64,000 bases of DNA from positions 32,001-96,000 of the forward strand of contig CAWJKZ010000016.1 in assembly GCA_963843575.1 (NCBI GenBank). Reading direction: 5' to 3'. The notes below the pieces were generated by a model. It was not told the origin of the DNA, made no database searches, and saw only the letters and a list, made by a program, of their open reading frames with translations. Positions within the stretch are counted from its first letter, which is position 1. Every line of letters starts with the position of its first letter. Source of the DNA: an uncultured Acidobacteriota bacterium. Lineage in GTDB: Bacteria; Acidobacteriota; UBA6911. This document shows, piece after piece, positions 50,822-60,816 of the stretch. Position numbers and translations under genes: made by a program.

Positions 50822-52378
50822 ATGCGGCCGATCATCAGCAATCTTGTGTTTGCAGCCTGGCTGGCCGCGGTGTGCCTGGCGGAGCCGAGCCGCGGCGCGC
50901 AGGAGAGGGCCGTGGGAGCCGCGGCCGACGAGCGCGCCTTCCGGGCTGCCGTCGAAGCCGCACCGGGGGTGCGCGTAGCCGCGATGCAGGCGTTTTTGGC
51001 GGACTACCCCGAGAGCGAGTATCGCGACGTCGTCTACCCTCAGCTCCTGGAAGCCCTGGCGGCCGACGGCGCTTCCGAGGAACTCGACCGGGCCGTCTGC
51101 GGCTACATCGAGGGGACGGCCGGCCAGGGTTCGGGCCGCGTGGCGCTCGCCTACGTCAGCGCGACGGACGTCCTGCTGCGCCACGACTCGCTCCCGGCAC
51201 GCCGAGCGGCCCTGATCGACCAGGCGCTTGGCCCCGTCGCGCAGGGAATGCCGGCCGACGTGCGGTCGCGCTTCCTCTCGCTCCTCAGCCGCACGCTGCT
51301 CCGCCACAAGGCCTACGACCAGGCCGCGAGCGCCGCCGGGCAGGCGCTCAAGGCGGCCATGCCCGACCCGCCAGGCGAGCTCTACTTCACGCTGGGCAAG
51401 ATCCACGAGGCCAGGGGGGACCACGACGCGGCCCTGGACGCCTACCTCGATGCCGGCTCCCGGCGGGGCCCACGCGAAATCCTGGAAGCGTTGCGGGACG
51501 CCTACACCAAGAAATACGGCAGCCTCGACGGGCTGCACGAGAAGCTCGACGCCCTCAGGCTGGCCAGGCCCAGGGCGTTCGACCCGGGCCGCTACGCGCG
51601 CCCGCCGGGGGACGCCGCCGCGTCCACCGTGCTCGTCGAGCTGTTCACCGGCGCCGAGTGCGGGCCCTGCGTCGCGGCCGACATCGCAGTCGGCGGCCTC
51701 CTCGACCGGTTTGACCGCGACACCGTGGCCGTGCTCCAGTACCACATCCACGCCCCGGGACCCGACCCGCTCGCCAACCCCGACAGCGTCCGCCGGTCCG
51801 AGTACTACGGCGTCGCCGGCACGCCGACCGGCTTCGTCGGCGGGACCGCCAGGGTCTACGGCGGCGGTGGCGCCGGCGCAGGGCCGCGGCTCTTCTCGAT
51901 GTACGCCGCCAAGATCGAACCGCTGATCCCGAAGCCCCCCCGCGCTCGTTTCGGCGACGTGAGGTTCGCCTCCGAGGGCGGCGCCGTGCGGGTGTCGGGA
52001 CGCGCCACGGTCGATGCCGGCGCCGCCCGGGACCGCCTCCGGCTGCGGATCGCCCTGGTCGAGGAGGTCGTGCACTACACCGGCGGCAACGGCGTCCACT
52101 TTCACCACTTCGTGGTCCGGAAGCTGCTCGGGCCCGAAAACGGCGCGACGTTCGACGGCGCCGACACCCTCGCCTTCTCCGAGTCGATCCCGCTCGAGGC
52201 GCTTTCGGGCTCGCTCAAAGCGTACCTGGACCGTTTCGAGAAGGAAGAGGAAACAGACCGCCCGGGCTTCCGGTTCGAAGAGAAGCCGGCCGTCGTCGAT
52301 CCCGGCAAGCTCGGGGTCGTGGTGTTCGTGCAGGACGACGGCACGAGCGAAGTCCTCAACTCCACATTCGCGCGCTGA
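50822..52378 (+). CDS. Exported TPR + thioredoxin-like (CxxC) / Omp28-related protein
   Basis: Signal peptide from ATG 50822; TPR helices; [44 protein letters not shown]. Confidence 0.7.
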   Translation: MRPIISNLVFAAWLAAVCLAEPSRGAQERAVGAAADERAFRAAVEAAPGVRVAAMQAFLADYPESEYRDVVYPQLLEALAADGASEELDRAVCGYIEGTAGQGSGRVALAYVSATDVLLRHDSLPARRAALIDQALGPVAQGMPADVRSRFLSLLSRTLLRHKAYDQAASAAGQALKAAMPDPPGELYFTLGKIHEARGDHDAALDAYLDAGSRRGPREILEALRDAYTKKYGSLDGLHEKLDALRLARPRAFDPGRYARPPGDAAASTVLVELFTGAECGPCVAADIAVGGLLDRFDRDTVAVLQYHIHAPGPDPLANPDSVRRSEYYGVAGTPTGFVGGTARVYGGGGAGAGPRLFSMYAAKIEPLIPKPPRARFGDVRFASEGGAVRVSGRATVDAGAARDRLRLRIALVEEVVHYTGGNGVHFHHFVVRKLLGPENGATFDGADTLAFSESIPLEALSGSLKAYLDRFEKEEETDRPGFRFEEKPAVVDPGKLGVVVFVQDDGTSEVLNSTFAR

Positions 52379-52383
52379 AGGCC

Positions 52384-53553
52384 ATGAACGAATTCTACCG
52401 GATCAAGAGACTTCCCCCTTACGTCTTCAACATCGTCAACGAGCTGAAAACCCGCGCGCGTGCCCGCGGCGAGGACATCATCGACTTCGGGATGGGGAAC
52501 CCCGACCTGGCGACCCCGCACCACGTGGTCGACAAGCTGGTGGAGGCGGCGCGCAAGCCGCGCAACCACCGTTACTCGGCCTCGCGCGGCATCACCCAGC
52601 TGCGCCACGCCATCGCCGAGTGGTACGCCCGCCGCTACGACGTCCGCATCGACCCGGAGACGGAGGCGATCGCCGTCATCGGCGTCAAGGAGGGCCTCTC
52701 GCACCTCGCCCTCGCCATCGTCGAGCCCGGCGCGATGGCGCTCGTGCCCGACCCGACCTACCCGATCCACGCCTACTCCATGATCATCGCGGGGGCCAAC
52801 ATCCGTTCGATCCCGATGGTCGCCAACGCCGACCTGTTCGCCTCGATCGTCAAGGCCTACCAGGAGACGTGGCCGAGGCCCAAGTACATCGTGCTGTCGT
52901 TTCCGCACAACCCCACCTGCGCGACCGTCGACCTCGACTTCTTCGCGCGCATCGTGGCCTTCGCGCGAGACAACGACGTGATCGTCATCCACGACTTCGC
53001 CTACGCGGACCTGGTCTTCGACGGCTACACCGCCCCGTCGTTCATGCAGGTGCCCGGCGCGAAGGACGTCGGGGTCGAGCTGTTCAGCATGTCGAAGTCC
53101 TACAACATGCCCGGCTGGCGCGTCGGCTTCTGCGTCGGCAATCCCGGGATCATCTCGGCGCTGGCGCGCATCAAGTCGTACCTCGACTACGGCATGTTCC
53201 AGCCCATCCAGATCGCCGCGATCGTCGGGATGCGCGGCCCGCAGTCCTGCGTCGCCGACACCGTGGCCGTCTACCAGGGCCGCCGCGACGTCCTGGTGGG
53301 CGGGCTGAACCGCATCGGGTGGCCCTGCGAGCTCCCGCGCGCCACCATGTTCGTCTGGGCCCGGCTCCCCGAGCGCTACCGCGAGATGGGATCGCTCGAG
53401 TTCTGCAAGCTCGCCCTCGCCGAGGCCAAGGTCGCGCTCGCCCCGGGGATCGGGTTCGGGCCCCAGGGCGAGGGCTTCGTCCGGTTCGCCCTGGTCGAAA
53501 ACCAGAAGCGAACCCGCCAGGCGCTGCAGGGCCTGAAAAAGCTGCTCGCGTGA
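52384..53553 (+). CDS. alaC: PLP-dependent aminotransferase class I/II, AlaC-like
   Basis: [74 protein letters not shown]. Confidence 0.85.
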   Translation: MNEFYRIKRLPPYVFNIVNELKTRARARGEDIIDFGMGNPDLATPHHVVDKLVEAARKPRNHRYSASRGITQLRHAIAEWYARRYDVRIDPETEAIAVIGVKEGLSHLALAIVEPGAMALVPDPTYPIHAYSMIIAGANIRSIPMVANADLFASIVKAYQETWPRPKYIVLSFPHNPTCATVDLDFFARIVAFARDNDVIVIHDFAYADLVFDGYTAPSFMQVPGAKDVGVELFSMSKSYNMPGWRVGFCVGNPGIISALARIKSYLDYGMFQPIQIAAIVGMRGPQSCVADTVAVYQGRRDVLVGGLNRIGWPCELPRATMFVWARLPERYREMGSLEFCKLALAEAKVALAPGIGFGPQGEGFVRFALVENQKRTRQALQGLKKLLA

Positions 53554-53580
53554 CCTGCGGGATTCTTCGAGTCCCGGATA

Positions 53581-53611
53581 TTAGGGTCTGTCATTCTGTG
53601 ACAGACCCTAA
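53581..53611. repeat. Perfect 13-bp inverted repeat (hairpin or minimal IS remnant)
   Basis: TTAGGGTCTGTCA-TTCTG-TGACAGACCCTAA. Confidence 0.6.
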
Positions 53612-53748
53612 GTACTGATGTTCACAAATGCGCCAACGTATTTGTCAGGACGCTGATGCGCGCGGATCCCCACAGATCGACCTGGCGACAGGCCGCGGTC
53701 GATCCGCGTGAATCCGTTGGACTGCGTACTTGGTTCCAGGTCGCCCCT

Positions 53749-54489
53749 ATGAACGATATCTACGTCGTGCTGCCGGCCTACAACGAGGCGGCCAACCTCG
53801 GCGCGGTGCTGGTGTCGCTGGGGAAGGCCGCGGCCGAGGCCGGGATGAACTACCAGGCGATCGTCGTCAATGACGGCAGCACCGACACGACCGGCGACGT
53901 CGTGCGCGGGCACGGCGGTCCGCTGCCGGTCACCCTGATCGAGCACGGCAGCAACCAGGGGCTTGGGGCCGCGATTCGCACGGGGCTGCTGGCCGCCGTC
54001 GACCTGGCCCACGACGAGGACGTTGTCGTCACCATGGACGCCGACGACACCCACACGGCGTCCACCATCGCCGCTATGGTCGCGCGGATCGGCCAGGGCT
54101 GCGACGTCGTGATCGCCTCGCGCTACCAGCCCGGGGCCGCGGTCGTCGGGGTGCCTCCCTCACGCCGTTTCCTGAGTTACGCGGCGTCGCTGCTGTTCCG
54201 CACCGTCTACCCGATCGCCGGCGTGAGAGACTTCACCTGCGGGTACCGCGCCTACCGCGCCGTCGTGCTGCGCAACGCGGCCCTGCGGTACCGCCACGAG
54301 TTCATCAACCAGGAGGGCTTCCAGTGCATGGTCGACATCCTGCTGAAGCTCAGCCGCATGGGACTCCGGTTCGGCGAGGTGCCGCTGGTGCTGCGCTACG
54401 ACCGGAAGGGGGGAAAGAGCAAGATGCGGGTGGGCCGCACGATCTGGAAGACGCTGGGGTTGCTCCTGAAGCGCAGGATGGGGTGGTAG
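53749..54489 (+). CDS. GT2 polyprenol-phosphate glycosyltransferase (DPM1/GtrB-like)
   Basis: VVLPAYNEA, VVNDGSTD, NQGLGAA, TMDADDTH, VIASRY, DFTCGYRAY, GGKSKM. Confidence 0.9.
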   Translation: MNDIYVVLPAYNEAANLGAVLVSLGKAAAEAGMNYQAIVVNDGSTDTTGDVVRGHGGPLPVTLIEHGSNQGLGAAIRTGLLAAVDLAHDEDVVVTMDADDTHTASTIAAMVARIGQGCDVVIASRYQPGAAVVGVPPSRRFLSYAASLLFRTVYPIAGVRDFTCGYRAYRAVVLRNAALRYRHEFINQEGFQCMVDILLKLSRMGLRFGEVPLVLRYDRKGGKSKMRVGRTIWKTLGLLLKRRMGW

Positions 54490-54491
54490 CC

Positions 54492-55148
54492 GTGCCGCCG
54501 CAGACGCCGGCGTTCGACCGGGGCTATTTCGAGTCGCAGTACCGGGACTACGCGCGGCAAAACCCGCCGCGCAAGCTCGACTTCTACGCGGCGCAGGCGG
54601 AGCGGGCGGTCGCGGGCGCCGCGCGGCCGCGCGTGCTCGACATCGGCTGCGCCTTCGGCCTGTTCCTGCAGAGGCTCGGCGGGCGCTGGGACCGCACCGG
54701 GGTCGACGCCAGCGCCTACGCCATCGGGCGCGCCCGCGCGACGGTCCCTGGAGTCCGCTTCGAGGTCTCGCCCCCCGGCGCGATGCCTGTCGAAGGGCCC
54801 TTCGACCTCGTCACCGCCTTTGACGTGCTCGAGCACGTCCCCGCGCTCGACGAGACTCTCGCCTGGATCGCCCGGAACCTGGCGCCGCGCGGGGAACTGC
54901 TGTTCGTGGTCCCCGTCTACGACGGGCCCGCCGGCTTTGCCGTGCGCCTGCTCGACCGCGACCCGACCCACGTCCACAAGCAGGGGCGGGATTTCTGGTT
55001 GCGCGCCGCGGCGCGGCACCTCGACCCCGTCGACTGGCTGGGCGTGTTTCGCTACCTGGTTGCGGGCCGCTTCTACGCGCACGCGGCCGGCCGCGCGTGG
55101 CGGCGTTTCAGCCCGGCGATCGCCTGCCGGGCGCGGCGGCGCCTGTGA
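54492..55148 (+). CDS. Class I SAM-dependent methyltransferase
   Basis: GTG 54492; VLDIGCAFG, GVDAS, FDLVTAFDVLEHV, DPTHV. Confidence 0.85.
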   Translation: MPPQTPAFDRGYFESQYRDYARQNPPRKLDFYAAQAERAVAGAARPRVLDIGCAFGLFLQRLGGRWDRTGVDASAYAIGRARATVPGVRFEVSPPGAMPVEGPFDLVTAFDVLEHVPALDETLAWIARNLAPRGELLFVVPVYDGPAGFAVRLLDRDPTHVHKQGRDFWLRAAARHLDPVDWLGVFRYLVAGRFYAHAAGRAWRRFSPAIACRARRRL

Positions 55149-56692
55149 GGGCCCGCGCCGGCGCGTTTCCCTGGCCGCGTGCCGCGGCGGCCGCCCTCCT
55201 CGCCTGGGCGCTGGCGCTGCACGCCCTCTTCTTTTTTTCGGCCGGCGCGCTCTGGCGCGACGAGGCCAACAGCATCCTCCAGGCGCGGCTCCCGACCTGG
55301 GGCGCGCTCTGGGAATCCCTGCGCTACGACTCCTTCCCGATCCTCTACCCGGCCTTGCTGCGCGCCTGGTCCGGCGCGGGCCCCGGGCCCTCCGACGCGT
55401 CGCTCCGGCTCCTCGGGCTGCTGACGGGGCTCGGGCTCGCCGCCTCGGTCTGGGTGGCGTGCCGCCTGCTCGGCTCGCGGTTCCCGGTCGTGGCGACGCT
55501 CCTGGTCTCCGCCGGCCCGCTCGTCGTCGGCGAAGCCGACAGCGTGCGCCCCTACGGGACGGGATTGCTGCTCCTGGTCTGGACCTGGGCGGCGCTCGGC
55601 CGCTGCGCCGCCGGCGCGACGGCCGGCCGGCTGGCGGCTGCCTCTGCGTGCGCCGTCCTGTGTGTCCAGGCCGGCTACACCAACGCCATTGCCGTCGGGG
55701 TCCTCACGCTGTGCGCTACCGTGGCGGCGCGCCCGGGCGCGCGCGGGGCGCTGCTGCTCCCCGGCGCCGCGGCTGCGCTTTCGCTCCTCCCCTACGTCCC
55801 GGCGCTGCGCGCGGCGGCCGGTTGGGCGGGCATCGTGCGGCAGCCGGTGGACTGGGCCGCTTTCTCGGGCCGCTTCCTCGACTGGCGCTCGCTCGTCTTC
55901 GCCGCCGTGTGGGCGGCCGCGTGCGCCCCCGCCGCGATCGCGGCGTTCCGGCGCCGCGGCGCGTCGCGCCGGGCGGCGGACGTCTACTGCGGGCTGGCGG
56001 CGGCCGCGGCCCTGCCGGCCCAGCTCGCCCTGGTCTGGCTGCAGGGTGTGCCGCCGTTCCCGCGCTACTTCCTCCCGGCCCTGGTTCTGCTCGCGCTCTC
56101 GGCCGACGTGCTCGGACGCGGCGCCCGCGGGCGCGCCCAGGTGGCCCTGGCCGCGGCCCTGCTGGTCGCCGCCCCCTCCTGGTCGGCGCTCAACCGGAAA
56201 CGCACCAACGCCGACGAGGCCGCGGGCCTCGTCGGCGCGGCGGCGGAAACCCGCGACCTCGTCGTGCTGTCCCCGTGGTTCCTCCACCCGTCGTTCCAGC
56301 GCTACTACCGCGGACGCGCGGAGTGGATCACGGCCCCCGTGCTCGAACATGCCCCCGTGATGCGCTACGACCTGGTCAAAAAGGCGATGCTGGGCGGCCC
56401 GGGCGACGAGCCCGCGCCGGTCATCGCCGCGGCCCTGGGGCGCGGCGGCGCCGTCTGGCTCGTGACGCAGCGCCGCTTCCGCTCGCCGCCGGGCGCCGAC
56501 GAAGCCCGCCCAGTCCCGCGCGACCCCCCCGACGGGCGCGACTACACGCGCTTCCGCGGCTACTGGGAACGCGGCGTCGAGCGGGAGCTCGCCCGCTGCT
56601 GTGCGGGCCGCGAGCAGCCCACCACCCCCGGCGCGCCCGTGTGGGAAGAGGAGGACCTGGTGGTCGTGCGCTGGACTGCGCGGCGCCCTTAG
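55145..56692 (+). CDS. GT-C fold (GT39/ArnT-like) membrane glycosyltransferase
   Basis: GTGA overlap start; LWRDEANS first-loop motif, PILY, EADSVRPY, PRY; multiple TM helices. Confidence 0.7.
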   Translation: MRARAGAFPWPRAAAAALLAWALALHALFFFSAGALWRDEANSILQARLPTWGALWESLRYDSFPILYPALLRAWSGAGPGPSDASLRLLGLLTGLGLAASVWVACRLLGSRFPVVATLLVSAGPLVVGEADSVRPYGTGLLLLVWTWAALGRCAAGATAGRLAAASACAVLCVQAGYTNAIAVGVLTLCATVAARPGARGALLLPGAAAALSLLPYVPALRAAAGWAGIVRQPVDWAAFSGRFLDWRSLVFAAVWAAACAPAAIAAFRRRGASRRAADVYCGLAAAAALPAQLALVWLQGVPPFPRYFLPALVLLALSADVLGRGARGRAQVALAAALLVAAPSWSALNRKRTNADEAAGLVGAAAETRDLVVLSPWFLHPSFQRYYRGRAEWITAPVLEHAPVMRYDLVKKAMLGGPGDEPAPVIAAALGRGGAVWLVTQRRFRSPPGADEARPVPRDPPDGRDYTRFRGYWERGVERELARCCAGREQPTTPGAPVWEEEDLVVVRWTARRP

Positions 56693-56932
56693 GGCTGGCG
56701 CAAGAATAATTTCACATTTTTGCTGACGGCTCCCGAGCCAACAGATCCTACGGCAGGCAACGATAGAAGATTTCTATTAACGGGGCCGTCAGCCCTCCGG
56801 GGCGCGGCGGCGGGCGGGCATCTGCGGCGTTGCCGCTCCTCGACGATGTCACCACATCGCCTGCGTCGCGGCGCCTTGCATCTGCCCGCCCGGCGCTCGC
56901 GCCAAAATGTGAACTTATTCTTTCGCGAACCC
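56692..56932. mobile_element. MITE family A, complete 241-bp copy with TIRs and TTA target duplication
   Basis: Left GGGCTGGCGCAAGAATAATTTCACATTTT; right (reverse complement) GGGTTCGCGAAAGAATAAGTTCACATTTT; TTA at 56689-91 and 56933-35. Confidence 0.85.
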
Positions 56933-57115
56933 TTAGATCCCCCGAAAATGCCCCTCCCGCGGGGCACATGGCGCAAATTCCTTTCAAAAACCCAAGAAAA
57001 TGGCCCTTTTCTCCAAATTGGCCATTGCATTTTCGCGGAATATCCGCAAAATGAGGCTGTCTTCGTATGATCGCGTTCGTTCATCTCGTCAATAGCTCAT
57101 TTCGGGGAGGGTTAA

Positions 57116-57415
57116 ATGGCTGGAAAAGTGATGACCAAGAGTCAACTGGTTGCTTCGCTTGCCGAGACGGCAGGCGTTCCCAAGAAGGTGGTGACTGACA
57201 TCCTGGAGGCACTCGCCGCGACGGCCTTGCAGCAAACCAAGAAGAACGGCCAGTTCGTCGTCCCGGGCCTCGGTAAGCTGGTGAAGTCGCAGCGCAAGGC
57301 CCGCATGGGCCGCAACCCGCAGACCGGCGCCGCCATCAAGATCCCCGCGAAGACGGTGGTCAAGTTCCGCGTGGCCAAGGCCGCGAAGGACGCCGTGGTT
57401 CCTCCGAAGAAGTAG
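57116..57415 (+). CDS. hup: HU family DNA-binding protein
   Basis: MTKSQLV, GLGKL, RKARMGRNPQTGAAIKIPAKTVVKFR; SD GGAGGG. Confidence 0.93.
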   Translation: MAGKVMTKSQLVASLAETAGVPKKVVTDILEALAATALQQTKKNGQFVVPGLGKLVKSQRKARMGRNPQTGAAIKIPAKTVVKFRVAKAAKDAVVPPKK

Positions 57416-57430
57416 CAGCCCGCCTCAGAC

Positions 57431-57478
57431 CGGTGGCGGGGTCCGCAGGACTCCCGCCACCGTCGTTTGTCTATTTTT
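57431..57478 (+). terminator. Rho-independent terminator after hup
   Basis: CGGTGGCGGG-GTCC-GCA-GGAC-T-CCCGCCACCG followed by a T-rich tail. Confidence 0.65.
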
Positions 57479-57596
57479 GCGCCGAAAATTCTGGAGTGCG
57501 GCGCCTCGGCGTCGCGTTCACTCACGTCCTACGGCCGGAATGCTCGGCGCCTCGGCGCCGTGGCGAGCAGACCCACCTGTTCTCCGCGGCTCGCGC

Positions 57597-58655
57597 TCAG
57601 CGCGGGAGGGCTTGCTTTCCCCCGGCCGCGTCCGACGCGGCGCGGAAGACTTCCATGACGTTCTCGTCCGGGGTGCCGTAATCCAGGTTCATGCAGCAGA
57701 GGCCCACGCCGCACAGGTCCCCGGCCGCCTCGAGCAGGTGCAGGACGTCGCGGCGTACGGCCGGAGCGTCCTTCTGCTGCAGGCGGACGGGGCTCAGCCG
57801 CAGGTTCATGAAGGCGCCGGGGAGCGCCCTGCGGCAGGCGGCGACGTCGGAACCCCAGCCGACGTCGAAGAAGGCGGCGGCGAGCGCGGCGTACTTCCCG
57901 GCGTACAGATGCATGTTGCCGCCGCAGTGGTGCACGCCGTAGGGCCTCAGGCGCGCCGCCAGCCGCAGCTCCGCGGGAAGGACGAAACGCTCGTACAGGG
58001 CCGGCGAGATCATCTCGACCGAGCAGCTGGCCTGCAGGAAGGTGCGCGGGTCGAAGCGCGCGATCGACCGGTTCACCGCAAGCGAGCAGGTGCCCGCGGC
58101 GCGCAAGAGGAATTCGGCCACTCCGGCAATGGTTTCCCCGACGACGTCGAACAGGTGCCGGACGACGGCGGGATCGTCGTATAAATCGGTGAGCAGGTCC
58201 TGGCCGCGCAGCTGCAGGGCGGCGTTCAGGATGCCGTCCGTGTTGAAGTCGCCGACCACGCAGCCGTACTCGATTTCGAGCGAGCGGGCGTCGGACATGA
58301 GCCTGTCCATGGGCCACGTGCGCTCGAGGGCCGGCGGGCGCAGCGCCATGACCTCCTTCCTGCTCATCAGGGCGGGCACGGGCCACGGGGCCGCATCATC
58401 CGCAAACCGGATCTCGAGGCCGAAAAGCGCCGGGATGACGAACCCTCCCGCCACGTACATCGAGCCGAGCACCGGTCGCGCCCGGGGATCCGGCGGCCCC
58501 CAGCCGAAGCGTTCGCGGAGGGCCTTCCGCATCCTGACGTCGTTGTCGATCCTGGCCTTCGCATCGAGATAGAAGGGCTCGGCAAACGAAATCCCGTGGT
58601 TGCGGCACCACCAGTTGGGATTGAACACGAACTCGATCGGGGGCTGTTCCGGCAT
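57597..58655 (-). CDS. Uroporphyrinogen decarboxylase-like (URO-D/MtaA-CmuA family) protein
   Basis: ATG 58655; GILNAALQLRGQDLLTDLYDDP, MISPALYERFVLP, GVHHCG, DVGWGSD, CCMNLDYGTPDENV. Confidence 0.8.
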   Translation of the reverse strand: MPEQPPIEFVFNPNWWCRNHGISFAEPFYLDAKARIDNDVRMRKALRERFGWGPPDPRARPVLGSMYVAGGFVIPALFGLEIRFADDAAPWPVPALMSRKEVMALRPPALERTWPMDRLMSDARSLEIEYGCVVGDFNTDGILNAALQLRGQDLLTDLYDDPAVVRHLFDVVGETIAGVAEFLLRAAGTCSLAVNRSIARFDPRTFLQASCSVEMISPALYERFVLPAELRLAARLRPYGVHHCGGNMHLYAGKYAALAAAFFDVGWGSDVAACRRALPGAFMNLRLSPVRLQQKDAPAVRRDVLHLLEAAGDLCGVGLCCMNLDYGTPDENVMEVFRAASDAAGGKQALPR

Positions 58656-58663
58656 GGGTCGTC

Positions 58664-60538
58664 TCAGGGGCGCTCGCCGGCCGGGTGCGACCGGAAAAGC
58701 TCCTGCAGGCTGTAGAAGGCCGTCTTGGGCGACCGGTAGGCGTCCACCACCCCCTTTGCGTTCCACCCGTGCAGGCGTCCGGCGAGGAAACGGCTCGGCG
58801 CGCTGCGGGTGTCGCAGAACTGCCACACGCACCCCCCCGAAATCCACTCCTGCTCGAGCCCGTACCGGCCCGAGTCGGCGACGTTGCGCGCCTGATATTC
58901 CTCGCTCCACTTGACGTTGCCCCAGTTGTGCCAGCCTGCCTGGGACTCGGCCCCGCCGAACTCGGTCAGGACGACCGGCTTGTCGGGAAACCGCTCGTGG
59001 ATCCGGTCGAGCAGCGCAAGGCTCTTTTTACCCTCCTCCTCGTCCAGGGTCGTGAAGGGGTCGTACCACTGGTACTGGGCCCAGTTGGTGCAGATGATGT
59101 CGATCAGGGCGGTCGAGCGGTCGGTCTTCGCTCCCCCGGTGACGAAGGTGACGAAATGGCTGCTGTCGACGCTGCGGGCATAGGCGACCAGGGATTGTAT
59201 GGCGTCGTAGCTCTTCGTGAAATCGGGCCACTCGTTGCCCAGGCTCCAGCTGAAAATGCTCGGGTGATTCATGTCCCGGTAGACCATGTCGCGGAACTGG
59301 TCTTTGATCAGCTGCTGGACGGCCGGATTGGAGAGCTGTTCGTACGTGTGCTGCCAGGCGGGGACTTCGTTCATGAAGACCAGTCCGTTCTGGTCGCAGT
59401 AGTCCAGCAGCATGTCGTCCGGGGGATAGTGGGACCGCACCGCGTTGGCCCCCATCCTCTTGATGATTTCGACGTCGTTCCGGAGGATGTGCGGCGCCAG
59501 GGCGGACCCCCAGTCCGGGTGGTCGTCGTGGTGGTTGGCGCCCATCAGCTTGAACCTCGAGCCGTTCAGAAAGACGGCGGGGCCCCTGGTGGTGAACGAC
59601 CGGATCCCTATCCGGGTGAACTGGTCGTCGCGGCCCTCCCCGAGCACGACGCGGGCGCCGTACAGGTAGGGGTCCGACGGGGACCAGAGATGCGGGGAGT
59701 CCAGGGCGACCCGGAACCGGACTTCCGGGCTGCCGCCTTCCAGGGAGTGCACCTCGGCATGGAGTTGCCGCCCGTTGATCTCGAATGCGATCCGCTCCCG
59801 GGCGTTGCCCCCGGCGAGGTTGCGCACGAACACCCGCACGTCGAGGGAGACCCGCGCCGGGGCGACCTCCGCGGGAACGACGTGAAAATTGTCGATGAAC
59901 AGGCCCGGCACCAGTTCCGCGTACACGGGCCGGAAAATCCCGCCGTACGGGAACCAGTCCACGCCGGCCTTGGGGACCGTCAGACTGCCGAGGCGGTTGT
60001 CCACCCGGACCGTTATCCGGTGCCTTCCTTTTCTCACGTTGCTCTTGACGAAGGAGAACGGAAGATATCCCCCTTCGTGGTCCCCGATGGCCTCGCCGTC
60101 GAGGTACACCCGGCACAGGTAGAAGACCCCGCCGAAGCGGATCCGCAGGAGCCCGTCCCGGGGCACGTCGAAGGTCCGGGAGAGCCACGCGGGCCCTTCG
60201 TATTGCCAGTAGCGGGCCTGCGTATTCCAGGACCCCGGGACCCAGAGCTGGGTCTCGGGGCGGGGAAACGCGCCGGCATACCCGCGCTCTTCGCCGGCGC
60301 CCTTCGGGTCGGTGACGAAATCCCACAAACCGCCCAGGGAGATCTGCTCGCGGCTCGTCGTCGTGCGGAAGAGGCGGCTCGCCATCGGGTCCTGCCCGCC
60401 GTCCCATTCGATCGCCGCCGGCGCCAGGACCGACGGGGGGATCTCCGGGAACCTCGTCCTGCCGTCCTGCCCGAAGCACAGGACGAAGGCCACGAAACTC
60501 GAAAGGAACACCGCACTCGAGGCGTTGATGCTGTTCAT
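58664..60538 (-). CDS. Glycoside hydrolase family 2 (beta-glucuronidase/galactosidase-like), secreted
   Basis: ISLGGLWDF, GDHEGGYLPF, DWFPYGGIFRPV, GANHH, NAVRSHYP, WSLGNE (acid/base), VLTEFG (nucleophile), WQFCD, NAKGVVDAYRSPK. Confidence 0.9.
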   Translation of the reverse strand: MNSINASSAVFLSSFVAFVLCFGQDGRTRFPEIPPSVLAPAAIEWDGGQDPMASRLFRTTTSREQISLGGLWDFVTDPKGAGEERGYAGAFPRPETQLWVPGSWNTQARYWQYEGPAWLSRTFDVPRDGLLRIRFGGVFYLCRVYLDGEAIGDHEGGYLPFSFVKSNVRKGRHRITVRVDNRLGSLTVPKAGVDWFPYGGIFRPVYAELVPGLFIDNFHVVPAEVAPARVSLDVRVFVRNLAGGNARERIAFEINGRQLHAEVHSLEGGSPEVRFRVALDSPHLWSPSDPYLYGARVVLGEGRDDQFTRIGIRSFTTRGPAVFLNGSRFKLMGANHHDDHPDWGSALAPHILRNDVEIIKRMGANAVRSHYPPDDMLLDYCDQNGLVFMNEVPAWQHTYEQLSNPAVQQLIKDQFRDMVYRDMNHPSIFSWSLGNEWPDFTKSYDAIQSLVAYARSVDSSHFVTFVTGGAKTDRSTALIDIICTNWAQYQWYDPFTTLDEEEGKKSLALLDRIHERFPDKPVVLTEFGGAESQAGWHNWGNVKWSEEYQARNVADSGRYGLEQEWISGGCVWQFCDTRSAPSRFLAGRLHGWNAKGVVDAYRSPKTAFYSLQELFRSHPAGERP

Positions 60539-60816
60539 CGGTCGACTTCCTCCAGCGCTACTACGCCCTCACTCCGGATTTTTGGCAAGCAGAATTTGCT
60601 GATAAAAGGGCTGGGTTCCGGGTGGTGGAAGAGAGTTCGAAAACCAGCCACGGAAGACACTGAAGAACACGGAAGACCGACCGTTTGAAATTCCGTGGAC
60701 AGCGGGTTTTTTGCAGGCAGAATCTGCGCCCCCTCGTGGGCGAGCCCACTCGCCCACGGACACGTGCGGAAGCGCGCAACTCTCCTGTCGATCAGCAGCA
60801 CCGCGCCCTTCGCGTA

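Noticed and set aside
56689-57084. Small ORFs 56720-57070 and 6902-7165 with a shared MLTAPEPTD start as a new protein family
   Set aside because: The shared peptide is just the translated MITE family A sequence.
418-60688. Long antisense and alternate-frame ORFs (e.g. 418-1554, 2086-3864, 7159-8334, 14640-17183, 35864-38149, 42398-44590, 50054-52108, 58685-60688)
   Set aside because: They overlap well-supported genes, have no family motifs, and are expected from stop-codon scarcity at high GC.
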